Source: Trichormus sp. ATA11-4-KO1 (GTDB lineage: Bacteria > Cyanobacteriota > Cyanobacteriia > Cyanobacteriales > Nostocaceae). From it: a stretch of 64,000 bases of DNA. The stretch lies in assembly GCA_019358915.1 (NCBI GenBank), contig JAHHIM010000055.1:224001-288000 (forward strand), given 5' to 3'. Position numbers and translations under genes: made by a program. Position 1 is the stretch's first letter; each line of letters begins with the position of its first letter. Positions 55,983 through 64,000 of this stretch are shown here, one piece after another. Below the pieces are notes generated by a model. It was not told the DNA's origin, made no database searches, and saw only the letters and a program-made list of their open reading frames with translations.

Positions 55983-58196
55983 ATGAGTATCGCACGCCGG
56001 GATTTCTTACTGTTGATTGGGGGTAGCACAAGTGCATTAGCACTGGGTTCTCTTACAAGTTGTGAGCAAAATACTACAACGCAGCAAGTAAGTACATCAT
56101 CAATTGCGGAAATAAAATTTTCTTTTCAACCTATTAAAGGGCCAATTCCCTTAGAAACAGCAGGTTTTTTACCAGAACAACAGCAAGCAGAATACAGTAC
56201 CTATGAAGTGGTAGATGATTTGGTACTACCAGCAGGCTTTCAATATCAAGTGATTGCGGCTTGGGGTGATCAAGTAGGTGATGCTCGTTTTGGTTATAAC
56301 AACGATTACTTGTCTTTTGTGCCCACGACAGAGAACAATGCATATCTCTCAGTTAATTTTGAATATATCAGTGCCATCCCCTGGATGCAAACTTATGAGC
56401 AAGTAATGGGGAAATCACTGCCCTTTGCAGCCGTAAAAGCTGCCTTAAAAGCACAATCATCAGGGAAAGCAGAAATAAATGCTTATGCTTTGCCAGATAG
56501 CGACCCTATCAAAGCCCAAATTCGCGAAATTTGTGAACAAGCGCTGTTAGATCAAGGATTGGGTGTAATATCAATTCGCCAAACAGGTAATGGCAAGTGG
56601 GAGCGAACCAATTCCCCAAATGATCGGCGGATTAGTGGTATTTCTGGCTTGGAAGATGGACGGTATTTAAAAGCAACAGGCCCTGCTGTCGCCGTATTTC
56701 GCAAACAGCAGGGACAAGGATATATTGACCAGCTAGGCGATCGCATCATTGGTACTTTTGCTAACTGCGCTGGGGGAACAACACCTTGGGGTACAGTTCT
56801 GAGTGCAGAAGAAAACTTTCAAGCACAAGTCGCAGAACCTGTGTATGCTGATGGTACTTCTTTTGACCCCAGTCACCGGGCGTTTGCTTTGGATGACGAA
56901 GAATTTTATGGACAAGGGAATGTTTTTGGTTTAGCTGGTAATAAATATGGCTGGATTGTGGAAGTTGATCCAGCTAACCCCCAGGACTATGGTACAAAAC
57001 ATACCTGGATGGGACGTTATCGCCACGAAGCCGTAGGTGTGCGGGTAGAAACCGGGAAACCACTAGCATTTTATTCGGGATGCGATCGCCGGGGAGGTCA
57101 TGTCTACAAATTTGTCAGCCGCGATCGGGTAACTGACCCCAAAGACAAAGCTAACTCCCAGCTATTGCAACAGGGGATGCTTTATGCTGCCAAATTTAAC
57201 TCTGATGGTACTGGTCGCTGGATACCACTAAAAGCAGACACACCCATTGATCCAGATATTCCTAGCAATATTGCGGGGAATGTTATCAGGCTACCCATCG
57301 GCCCCAAAGTCCAACCATCAGAACCGATGAACAATGGTTATCTTTCCGTTACCAATGATCAGGAAATTACACAGTTTAAACAAAAATATCAACAGCTCGG
57401 TGAACTTTACATCGGCAATCCCGCAGAAAAACAAGGTGCAATTTTAATTGATGCACACTATGCCGCTAATACTGTTGGCGCCACCTGCACAGCACGTCCA
57501 GAAGACACAGTAATTGCTACTAATGGGGATCTCTACATTGCCTTTACCTCTGGTTTTCCTGATCAAGCAGGAGGCCCTGATCTGCGGGTATTTAAAAGTC
57601 CCCAAGGTGAAGCACCTTATGAGTATGGTTGGATCATGCGCTTAAGCGAAGATAATAATGATCCATCTGCGAGTACTTTTCGTTGGCAAATGCTAGCTAC
57701 AGGAGGTGAACCAGCAGCAGGTGGTATGGGTTTTGCTAACCCAGATAATTTATTGCTAGATGCTCAAGCAAATTTATGGATGGTAACAGATATTTCTACG
57801 ACAAAACTCAACAATTCCGTAAAAAATCGCACTAATGACCAAGGTAAAGCAGTAAATCTATCTGGATTATTTGGTAACAATGCCATTTGGTTTCTTCCCA
57901 CCCGTGGCGCAGATGTAGGTAAAGCTTTTTTGTTTGGTATTGGGCCTATGGAATGTGAAACCACTGGCCCTTACTTGACCCCCGACCAAAAAACAATGTT
58001 TCTGTCGATACAACACCCAGGAGAAACCAATGGTATGAGGAAAAATCAAGCAACAGAAGTTAAAGAATTTTTAGTTACTAACACCTTAGGTGAAGAATTT
58101 TGGCAAATCCGTCAAGTCCCCATTGGTTCTAATTGGCCTAGTAAAACTCCCAATGCTCCACCTAAGCCAGGAGTGGTTGCTGTTATGAAACTTTGA
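55983..58196 (+). CDS. phoX: PhoX family alkaline phosphatase (Tat-exported, probable lipoprotein)
   Basis: ARRDFLL Tat motif, LTSC lipobox, GYNNDY, NCAGG.TPWGT..EEN, GRYRHE, RPE, NPDN, IQHPGE. Confidence 0.93.
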   Translation: MSIARRDFLLLIGGSTSALALGSLTSCEQNTTTQQVSTSSIAEIKFSFQPIKGPIPLETAGFLPEQQQAEYSTYEVVDDLVLPAGFQYQVIAAWGDQVGDARFGYNNDYLSFVPTTENNAYLSVNFEYISAIPWMQTYEQVMGKSLPFAAVKAALKAQSSGKAEINAYALPDSDPIKAQIREICEQALLDQGLGVISIRQTGNGKWERTNSPNDRRISGISGLEDGRYLKATGPAVAVFRKQQGQGYIDQLGDRIIGTFANCAGGTTPWGTVLSAEENFQAQVAEPVYADGTSFDPSHRAFALDDEEFYGQGNVFGLAGNKYGWIVEVDPANPQDYGTKHTWMGRYRHEAVGVRVETGKPLAFYSGCDRRGGHVYKFVSRDRVTDPKDKANSQLLQQGMLYAAKFNSDGTGRWIPLKADTPIDPDIPSNIAGNVIRLPIGPKVQPSEPMNNGYLSVTNDQEITQFKQKYQQLGELYIGNPAEKQGAILIDAHYAANTVGATCTARPEDTVIATNGDLYIAFTSGFPDQAGGPDLRVFKSPQGEAPYEYGWIMRLSEDNNDPSASTFRWQMLATGGEPAAGGMGFANPDNLLLDAQANLWMVTDISTTKLNNSVKNRTNDQGKAVNLSGLFGNNAIWFLPTRGADVGKAFLFGIGPMECETTGPYLTPDQKTMFLSIQHPGETNGMRKNQATEVKEFLVTNTLGEEFWQIRQVPIGSNWPSKTPNAPPKPGVVAVMKL

Positions 58197-58446
58197 TTAA
58201 ATTTAAACCTTAATAGACAAATTGAATATATATTCAAAATATTTTTTAAATGCAAAGTACCAAATTTATGGAAAAATGTATTATGTTGAAAACTATATAT
58301 TATCAAGATAATTATGTAAATTTCTGTACTTAGTAAAGTCAAATTTAATGATTTTTACCTGAAATTTTCCATTGATCAATTAACCATAATTATTTTCGGT
58401 AACATCAAAAGAATCCAGCATTTCAAATCCTACAAACACTTGCATA

Positions 58447-59061
58447 ATGTCTTCTACCAGTCTTACACCAAACTTGCCTGATATATCAAATCACTCCACA
58501 TTGAGTGAACAATTACCTCAACATTTATTTACCCGTAGGGAAGTAATTCCGCTCCATAATGATATACTTTGGCGGATTGAGCGCGGAGCAGTTCGTACCT
58601 TAACCTGGAGTGAAGATGGGACTTTTATTACTCTGGGTTATTGGGGAATTGGTGATCTGATTGGGTATCCCTTATCCAAAGTTAAACCTTACCAAATTGA
58701 ATGTCTTACAAGCGTGGAAGCAAGCATTATACCATCTCATTTATGGTATATAGATATTAATGCCTTTTTGTCTCATATTCAACATTCGGAAGAGCTGTTA
58801 AGCATTGTCCATCTTAAACCAATGTCACTACGTTTGGAGAAATTTTTGCTGTGGTTAAGCGAGAAATTCGGACGTGATGTAGAACAGGGTAAGTTGATTG
58901 ATTTGAACATCACGCACCAGGAAATATCTGAAGTTTTAAATACAACTCGCGTGACAGTAACAAGGCTATTACAGCAATTTGAAGAACAAGGTTCTTTGTT
59001 GCGTTACAAACGTAGGATTATTCTGCGTTCACCAAATAAAATAACCAAAAATCTGGTTTAA
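58447..59061 (+). CDS. Crp/Fnr family regulator (PtrA/CysR-like)
   Basis: GAVRTLTWSEDG..LGYWG.GD; THQEISEVLNTTRVTVTRLL HTH. Confidence 0.85.
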   Translation: MSSTSLTPNLPDISNHSTLSEQLPQHLFTRREVIPLHNDILWRIERGAVRTLTWSEDGTFITLGYWGIGDLIGYPLSKVKPYQIECLTSVEASIIPSHLWYIDINAFLSHIQHSEELLSIVHLKPMSLRLEKFLLWLSEKFGRDVEQGKLIDLNITHQEISEVLNTTRVTVTRLLQQFEEQGSLLRYKRRIILRSPNKITKNLV

Positions 59062-59187
59062 AAAAATGTTCATTGACTTGTGCCAAGCAACATATATCTG
59101 GTATATTCATTACTGAGAATATGAGTAAATTCTCTTAACAAAGTGAGAATTTATCCAATTAGTTGGTGTGAGTGAAAGCAAAAAGTT

Positions 59188-60792
59188 ATGACAAACCTAC
59201 TCTGGAATGTGCTGAAAGTCAGCCCAGTTATTGCTGCAACATTCTTGACTGCTAACAGTGCCTTGGCTGCTGAAGTTAATGAACAAGTGACAAATGAGCC
59301 GGTAACAAACGTTTCTCAGTTGTCTCAAGAAACCAACAACATCGGTCAGGTAACATCTGTTTCTCAATTTTCTGATGTGCAGCCTACAGATTGGGCATTC
59401 CAAGCATTGCAATCTTTAGTTGAGCGTTACGGTTGTGTTGCAGGTTATCCCAACAGCACATATCGTGGTAACCGCGCTTTAACTCGCTATGAATTTGCCG
59501 CAGGTTTGAATGCTTGTTTAGACCGAGTTAATGAACTGATTGCCACAGCAACCGCCGATGTAATTACCAGACAAGACCTGGCTACATTGCAGCGCTTGCA
59601 AGAAGAATTTTCTGCTGAATTAGCAACCCTACGTGGTCGTGTAGATTCCCTAGAAGCTCGGACTGCGGAATTAGAAGCCAATCAATTCTCCACCACCACC
59701 AAGTTGAAGGGTGAGGCTATCTTTGCTCTAGCTAATGCTTTTGGTGATGAAAGAGCAGGCGGTGGCGACCTTGGAGACAACACTATTTTTGCTTACCGAG
59801 CGCGTCTGAATTTTGAAAGCAGCTTTACAGGCAAAGATAAATTGCAGATTCGTTTGCAAGACCGTAACATTACCCAGTTAGACGGCCCTATCACTGGTAC
59901 TAGCATGACCCGGTTGGGCTTCGACGGTAGCAGCAGTAGAGGCGTTGAAGTTAGTAAAGTCAACTACGAATTTAATCTGAGTGACGCGCTCCGAGTTAAG
60001 GTTGATGCTTTTGGTGCTGAGATATGGAATAACACTAATGTGTTTAACCCAAACTTCAGTAGTAGTGGTTCAGGTGCTATCTCTCGCTACGGTCGTTTCA
60101 GCCCAATTTATCGGGCATCATCTCCTGGTGGTGCTGGTTTAACTGTGACATTGAATCCCGGAGGACCTATTAGCTTCACAGGGGCTTATATGGCTCCCAG
60201 AGCTAATAACCCCGAAGATGATAATGGTCTGTTTGATGGCGCCAACGCATTCTTCGGTCAAATAGACTTCAAACCTAGCCAAGCTTTAAACTTAGGTTTT
60301 ACCTACTCTCGCACTTATCAGAACCCTGCCAACGGTGTAAACTTGTTCGGTAGTCAAGGTAGTGCTATTGCCAATAGACCTTTTGGTAACACTGCTACCA
60401 CAGCTAATAATTACAGTATTCAAGCTAACTTCCGACCCAGTCCTAGGATTGGGATTGGCGGTTGGGTAGGTTATACTGACGCTAGCGCGGAAACTGGTGG
60501 TGGCGGAAATGCAGATATTTGGTACTGGGCCGCTAACCTAGGTATTAGAGATTTTGGTAGAGAGGGCAACTTACTAGGTGTAATCTTTGGACAACCACCA
60601 AGAGCAGCAGGTGGTAGTGGACTTGCTGCTGTTGATAGTGACACCTCTTATCACTTAGAAGGACTCTACAGGATGCGCCTAACTGATAATATAGCCATCA
60701 CTCCTGGTTTGTTAGTGATTTTCAACCCTGAACACAACGATAATAACGACACCATCTACGTAGGTACACTACGTACTACTTTCAGTTTCTAA
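59188..60792 (+). CDS. SLH-domain outer-membrane porin (SomA/OprB-like)
   Basis: FSDVQPTDWAFQAL SLH, NQFSTTTKL, terminal RTTFSF. Confidence 0.93.
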   Translation: MTNLLWNVLKVSPVIAATFLTANSALAAEVNEQVTNEPVTNVSQLSQETNNIGQVTSVSQFSDVQPTDWAFQALQSLVERYGCVAGYPNSTYRGNRALTRYEFAAGLNACLDRVNELIATATADVITRQDLATLQRLQEEFSAELATLRGRVDSLEARTAELEANQFSTTTKLKGEAIFALANAFGDERAGGGDLGDNTIFAYRARLNFESSFTGKDKLQIRLQDRNITQLDGPITGTSMTRLGFDGSSSRGVEVSKVNYEFNLSDALRVKVDAFGAEIWNNTNVFNPNFSSSGSGAISRYGRFSPIYRASSPGGAGLTVTLNPGGPISFTGAYMAPRANNPEDDNGLFDGANAFFGQIDFKPSQALNLGFTYSRTYQNPANGVNLFGSQGSAIANRPFGNTATTANNYSIQANFRPSPRIGIGGWVGYTDASAETGGGGNADIWYWAANLGIRDFGREGNLLGVIFGQPPRAAGGSGLAAVDSDTSYHLEGLYRMRLTDNIAITPGLLVIFNPEHNDNNDTIYVGTLRTTFSF

Positions 60793-60822
60793 AACTGGTT
60801 TTGGGTTAGAGGTTAATTAGAT

Positions 60823-60856
60823 AATTAAAAGCCCGCTTAAAAGCGGGCTTTTAATT
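60823..60856. terminator. Bidirectional terminator
   Basis: Perfect 16-bp IR AATTAAAAGCCCGCTT-AA-AAGCGGGCTTTTAATT between convergent genes. Confidence 0.85.
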
Positions 60857-61116
60857 TATGTGGGATGACAATCTCGCTGATTAGGGATATCTGCTGGTGG
60901 ACGATCGCTACTCCACGCCCACCAAACATGACCACACTGACAATTGTAAAATTCCTGCCATTTGCGACGATGGTCTTCTGTAATTACAGGCGATCGCCGA
61001 TTGATCCAAACTTGTAGAGCTTCGAGGCTACTGGCGTGACAACTAGGACAGCAAAACTTATAGGCATGAATTGCCTGATTCGTCCATTTAGGCGGGATGG
61101 GTGCAAAAGCGTCCAT
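60856..61116 (-). CDS. Small CxxC/CxC (Zn-ribbon-like) hypothetical protein
   Basis: FCCPSC ... CQCG.VWW. Confidence 0.75.
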   Translation of the reverse strand: MDAFAPIPPKWTNQAIHAYKFCCPSCHASSLEALQVWINRRSPVITEDHRRKWQEFYNCQCGHVWWAWSSDRPPADIPNQRDCHPT

Positions 61117-61339
61117 GTAATATTAATTCTTAGTTCGTAATTAAGAAGTTAAGGCTAATAACTAATGTTGTTTTATCTACCATCTCATGATAATGGAATA
61201 TACTCAACGCTTGGGAGAAGTTGATTTGTGTTTTGAAACGCAAAGTTGCGCTAAGTCTGAGTACAGAATTTTCGGGATGATTTTATGGTTTTTATAGTTG
61301 ATAACTGTATATTCTAATTACGAATTACGAATTATTCTC

Positions 61340-61942
61340 ATGGAGCCAAGGGTTGAAATTCGCCGTTTGTTAGATATCATGCCTGCTTCTAGTCGCATGA
61401 CAATAAAGATTGTGAGCAAGCCGGAGCAACCACAGGTGATTGACGCGGCTTTTCCTTTGCCTGGGAATCGGGATCGTCCTATATATATTAATTTCGATTT
61501 GTGGTTTCGTCTAACGAAGGCACAACGAGATTTATTATTATTGCAGAAAATCAGTTGGTTGATGGGGGTGAAGTGGTTTAAACCTAATATTTATCAAGGT
61601 GTGGTTTTGGCGGGGCTTTTGGGTGGATTAGTAGAATCAGCACAGTCTGATGTGGTGGGTGTGGCTGTGGCTGGGGGATTAAGTGCGATCGCTTTGGCTC
61701 GGATTTGGCGGACTCACAAATCCCCAGACTCAGAGTTAAATGCCGATGTAGCTGCAATTCGGGTTGCCTTACGACGGGGTTATTCAGAAACTGAAGCTGC
61801 TCAGCATTTATTATCTGCTATTGAGGCAATTACCAATATTGAAGGAAATTCTGTTAATTTTACTGACTTGATTCGTTGCCAAAATTTACGAGCGATCGCG
61901 GGGTTATCATCGGTAGGTGTGCCTCAAAGTTATAACAAGTAA
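61340..61942 (+). CDS. DUF3318 protein
   Basis: EIRRLLDIMPASSRM, RCQNLRAIAG; ATG 61340 preferred. Confidence 0.82.
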   Translation: MEPRVEIRRLLDIMPASSRMTIKIVSKPEQPQVIDAAFPLPGNRDRPIYINFDLWFRLTKAQRDLLLLQKISWLMGVKWFKPNIYQGVVLAGLLGGLVESAQSDVVGVAVAGGLSAIALARIWRTHKSPDSELNADVAAIRVALRRGYSETEAAQHLLSAIEAITNIEGNSVNFTDLIRCQNLRAIAGLSSVGVPQSYNK

Positions 61943-61943
61943 G

Positions 61944-63656
61944 CTACCGACAATGATAAATTTTATACTCATAACCATCCACTGCTGGTAAAGCTTGGGT
62001 ATCAGCAACGCATTTTTTGGCTGCTGCGGCTACAGGGGCATGAAAATTCACCAGCCATAAGTCAAACGGTCGTGGTAAAGACTTTAAGGTATTTTCTAGA
62101 GTCTTCGTGGCAGTATTAGGGTCTTGGTCTTGATGGGCGAGCAGAAACAGAGGAGATGGAGAGGGTAAATTTTGTACTTTAAACTCTCTTGCTACTCCCA
62201 TCATTTCGCCGATATGTACATGAGTTATCTGTGTTGTGGCAATTAGAACCGGAACTGGGGATTTTTGTTGAATTAGTTGTACGAAAAGGTCAGGGCGGTA
62301 GTATTTTTGATAACCGAGATTACAAATAACAGTTACAGCACTGAAAAATGCCATCAGCCAAATGAGGATCACAGCTTTCTTGCCATTAATTCCCCATTTG
62401 CCTATATTGCCACCACGCCAACAAACTGCGAGACTCGCCCCGAATAAAACTATGACTGCGGGAAAATAAACAAAGTTGTAACGAGCGCCCCTTGTCAGGT
62501 CAATACCGAGAAAGTAGGTAAAGATAAAAAATAACGCGATCGCTCCTAAAACAACCCCGGTCAATACTTGAGTCATCAACCGATTCTCTGATTGCTGCAT
62601 CTGCACCTGAAAACCACGAACTAAAATCGGTGCTACCCAAATCAAGAAAGTCAGCATGACTATCCCAGACGCAATCACAATTCCTAGCTGTGGTGCTTCC
62701 ACTGGGAGTAAATAAAGCATGGTTACCCAGGCGGCGATCGCTTGAAAAATTGGGCTGATCCAAGCAAATCCTACTCGTGGTTGTTGAATCCATTCAGTTA
62801 ATTTACTACCATAGCTATTCTGTAAAAATACAGGCAACCAAACTAGTCCAGCGACAAATGTACCAGCAGCAACGACATAGATACGCTGCCAGAGAGGGGA
62901 AAATATGAGAGAAAACTTTTTCCTGGGGTGTTGCTGCCAAGCCAGAAAAATTATCACCAAAGCTTCCGTAAAGAGGGTAAGAGCGAAGAAGTAATGAGTA
63001 GCAATACCCAAAGCATTAATTACTACCCAGGTAATGACTAAGGAAATCGGTAATTGAGTACGATTTTGCAGATGACGCGTGGCAATTACCAAACAAGCCA
63101 AGGAAGCAATCACCCACAAAATAGCCAAAGTGTAATGACGCGCTTCTTGTGCGAGAAAAATACCGAAGGGTGATACTGTCATCATGGCAGCAGCTAAATG
63201 ACTGACCAAGCTTGAGCGAAAGGCCAACCAGGCCAAGGCATAAATAGCAGGGATGGATACCGCACCAAAAATAGCAGCCAGCGATCGCGCTCCCCATAAT
63301 GAAACTAGACCGCCTTGTGTGGGAAATAACTGCACCCACCAGTGAGTGAGGAAAAAGTAAAGCGGGGGATGGTTAGTTTCTTGACTCAGGTGTATCCATA
63401 CGTCTTGGATGTTGGCAGCTGCTTGTGGTTGCAGTGGCTGTAAGAGGATATCAGATGCGATCGCTTGATCTAGAGGTACTGTGAAAAAACTATTACCCAG
63501 GCTAAACACCAAAGTAGAAAACTCATCAGTCCAAGGAGGTTTTTCAGTTAAATTGGCTAAACGCAAGCTGATACCGATGATCAACCAAATCAGCAATAGC
63601 AGAGGATGAAACCAGCGAGCCGAGACGGTAGAATGCCAATTATTATACAAATACAT
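61944..63656 (-). CDS. GT-C fold glycosyltransferase (family 39-like)
   Basis: WTDE, HPPLYF, QEARHY, many TM segments. Confidence 0.85.
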   Translation of the reverse strand: MYLYNNWHSTVSARWFHPLLLLIWLIIGISLRLANLTEKPPWTDEFSTLVFSLGNSFFTVPLDQAIASDILLQPLQPQAAANIQDVWIHLSQETNHPPLYFFLTHWWVQLFPTQGGLVSLWGARSLAAIFGAVSIPAIYALAWLAFRSSLVSHLAAAMMTVSPFGIFLAQEARHYTLAILWVIASLACLVIATRHLQNRTQLPISLVITWVVINALGIATHYFFALTLFTEALVIIFLAWQQHPRKKFSLIFSPLWQRIYVVAAGTFVAGLVWLPVFLQNSYGSKLTEWIQQPRVGFAWISPIFQAIAAWVTMLYLLPVEAPQLGIVIASGIVMLTFLIWVAPILVRGFQVQMQQSENRLMTQVLTGVVLGAIALFFIFTYFLGIDLTRGARYNFVYFPAVIVLFGASLAVCWRGGNIGKWGINGKKAVILIWLMAFFSAVTVICNLGYQKYYRPDLFVQLIQQKSPVPVLIATTQITHVHIGEMMGVAREFKVQNLPSPSPLFLLAHQDQDPNTATKTLENTLKSLPRPFDLWLVNFHAPVAAAAKKCVADTQALPAVDGYEYKIYHCR

Positions 63657-63814
63657 TTTTTATTGGTCAGAGGTGTGGCCTGCTAACAGCACAAAATGGG
63701 TAGCACCTAAGAAAGGCTACTTAGCAGTGCTAGCAACAAGTCAATTTCTATATATTAGACCGCACATTGAGTCTGGAAGTTCGATTTGCTGCTATTCCCT
63801 CGTCTCTTGAAAGG

Positions 63815-64000
63815 CTATTTCACATCAGTTATGCGCCAACTCAGTTTAAAATTAATCCAGAAATTCCAGATGGTAGCAACTGCGATCGCAATCAAGTTAG
63901 CAATGTAACGATTAGGAATAATAAAATTAAATACCAAGTTCAATACCAGGACATTTAATCCTAACCCGGCAAGGCAAATTATATTGAATTTTAACAAGCG
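63815..64000 (-). CDS. C-terminal GtrA domain (probably a GT2-GtrA fusion), partial
   Basis: KFNIICLAGL..IANLIAI..WNFWIN.KLSW. Confidence 0.75.
   Translation of the reverse strand, partial: RLLKFNIICLAGLGLNVLVLNLVFNFIIPNRYIANLIAIAVATIWNFWINFKLSWRITDVK

Noticed and set aside
58340..58390. Pho box upstream of the crp gene
   Set aside because: Only scattered TTAACC/TTTACC half-sites without a convincing 11-bp triple period
1..64000. tRNA, rRNA, tmRNA, RNase P RNA
   Set aside because: No recognisable signatures by eye; a covariance-model scan was not possible

Overview
64 kb of a heterocystous cyanobacterial (Nostocales, plausibly Nodularia-like) chromosome: dense HIP1 (GCGATCGC) sites, STRR heptamers and MITE/SDR repeats. 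Core content: cbiQ-like ecfT/pipX/pipY/sepF, an ARTO-type (cox3-like, CuA-less) terminal oxidase operon with two DUF2231 genes, murQ, tamB, ispH, aas, pdhC, riboflavin synthase, birA, pgeF, csaB, hisA, and a phosphate cluster (sphR-sphS-phoU-phoX-crp/ptrA-like-porin). The best candidate for an undescribed system is a co-oriented three-gene cluster (3094-12102). It encodes a giant Ser/Thr kinase-AAA-GAF-adenylate cyclase, a carotenoid-oxygenase-family dioxygenase with all four Fe-His and a large amphipathic insert, and a flavoprotein resembling the Cutibacterium polyunsaturated fatty-acid isomerase PAI; together these suggest a lipid-signal (conjugate-then-cleave) module. Also found: a tnpA-less IS605 element with intact TnpB, a frameshifted RHH gene and a MITE in its left end, inserted in an internally deleted Uma2 gene; a phaC remnant; two unannotated paralogous small membrane peptides; and nested mobile micro-repeats with copy-specific target duplications. 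All family assignments come from motif recognition and recall; no database search was run.
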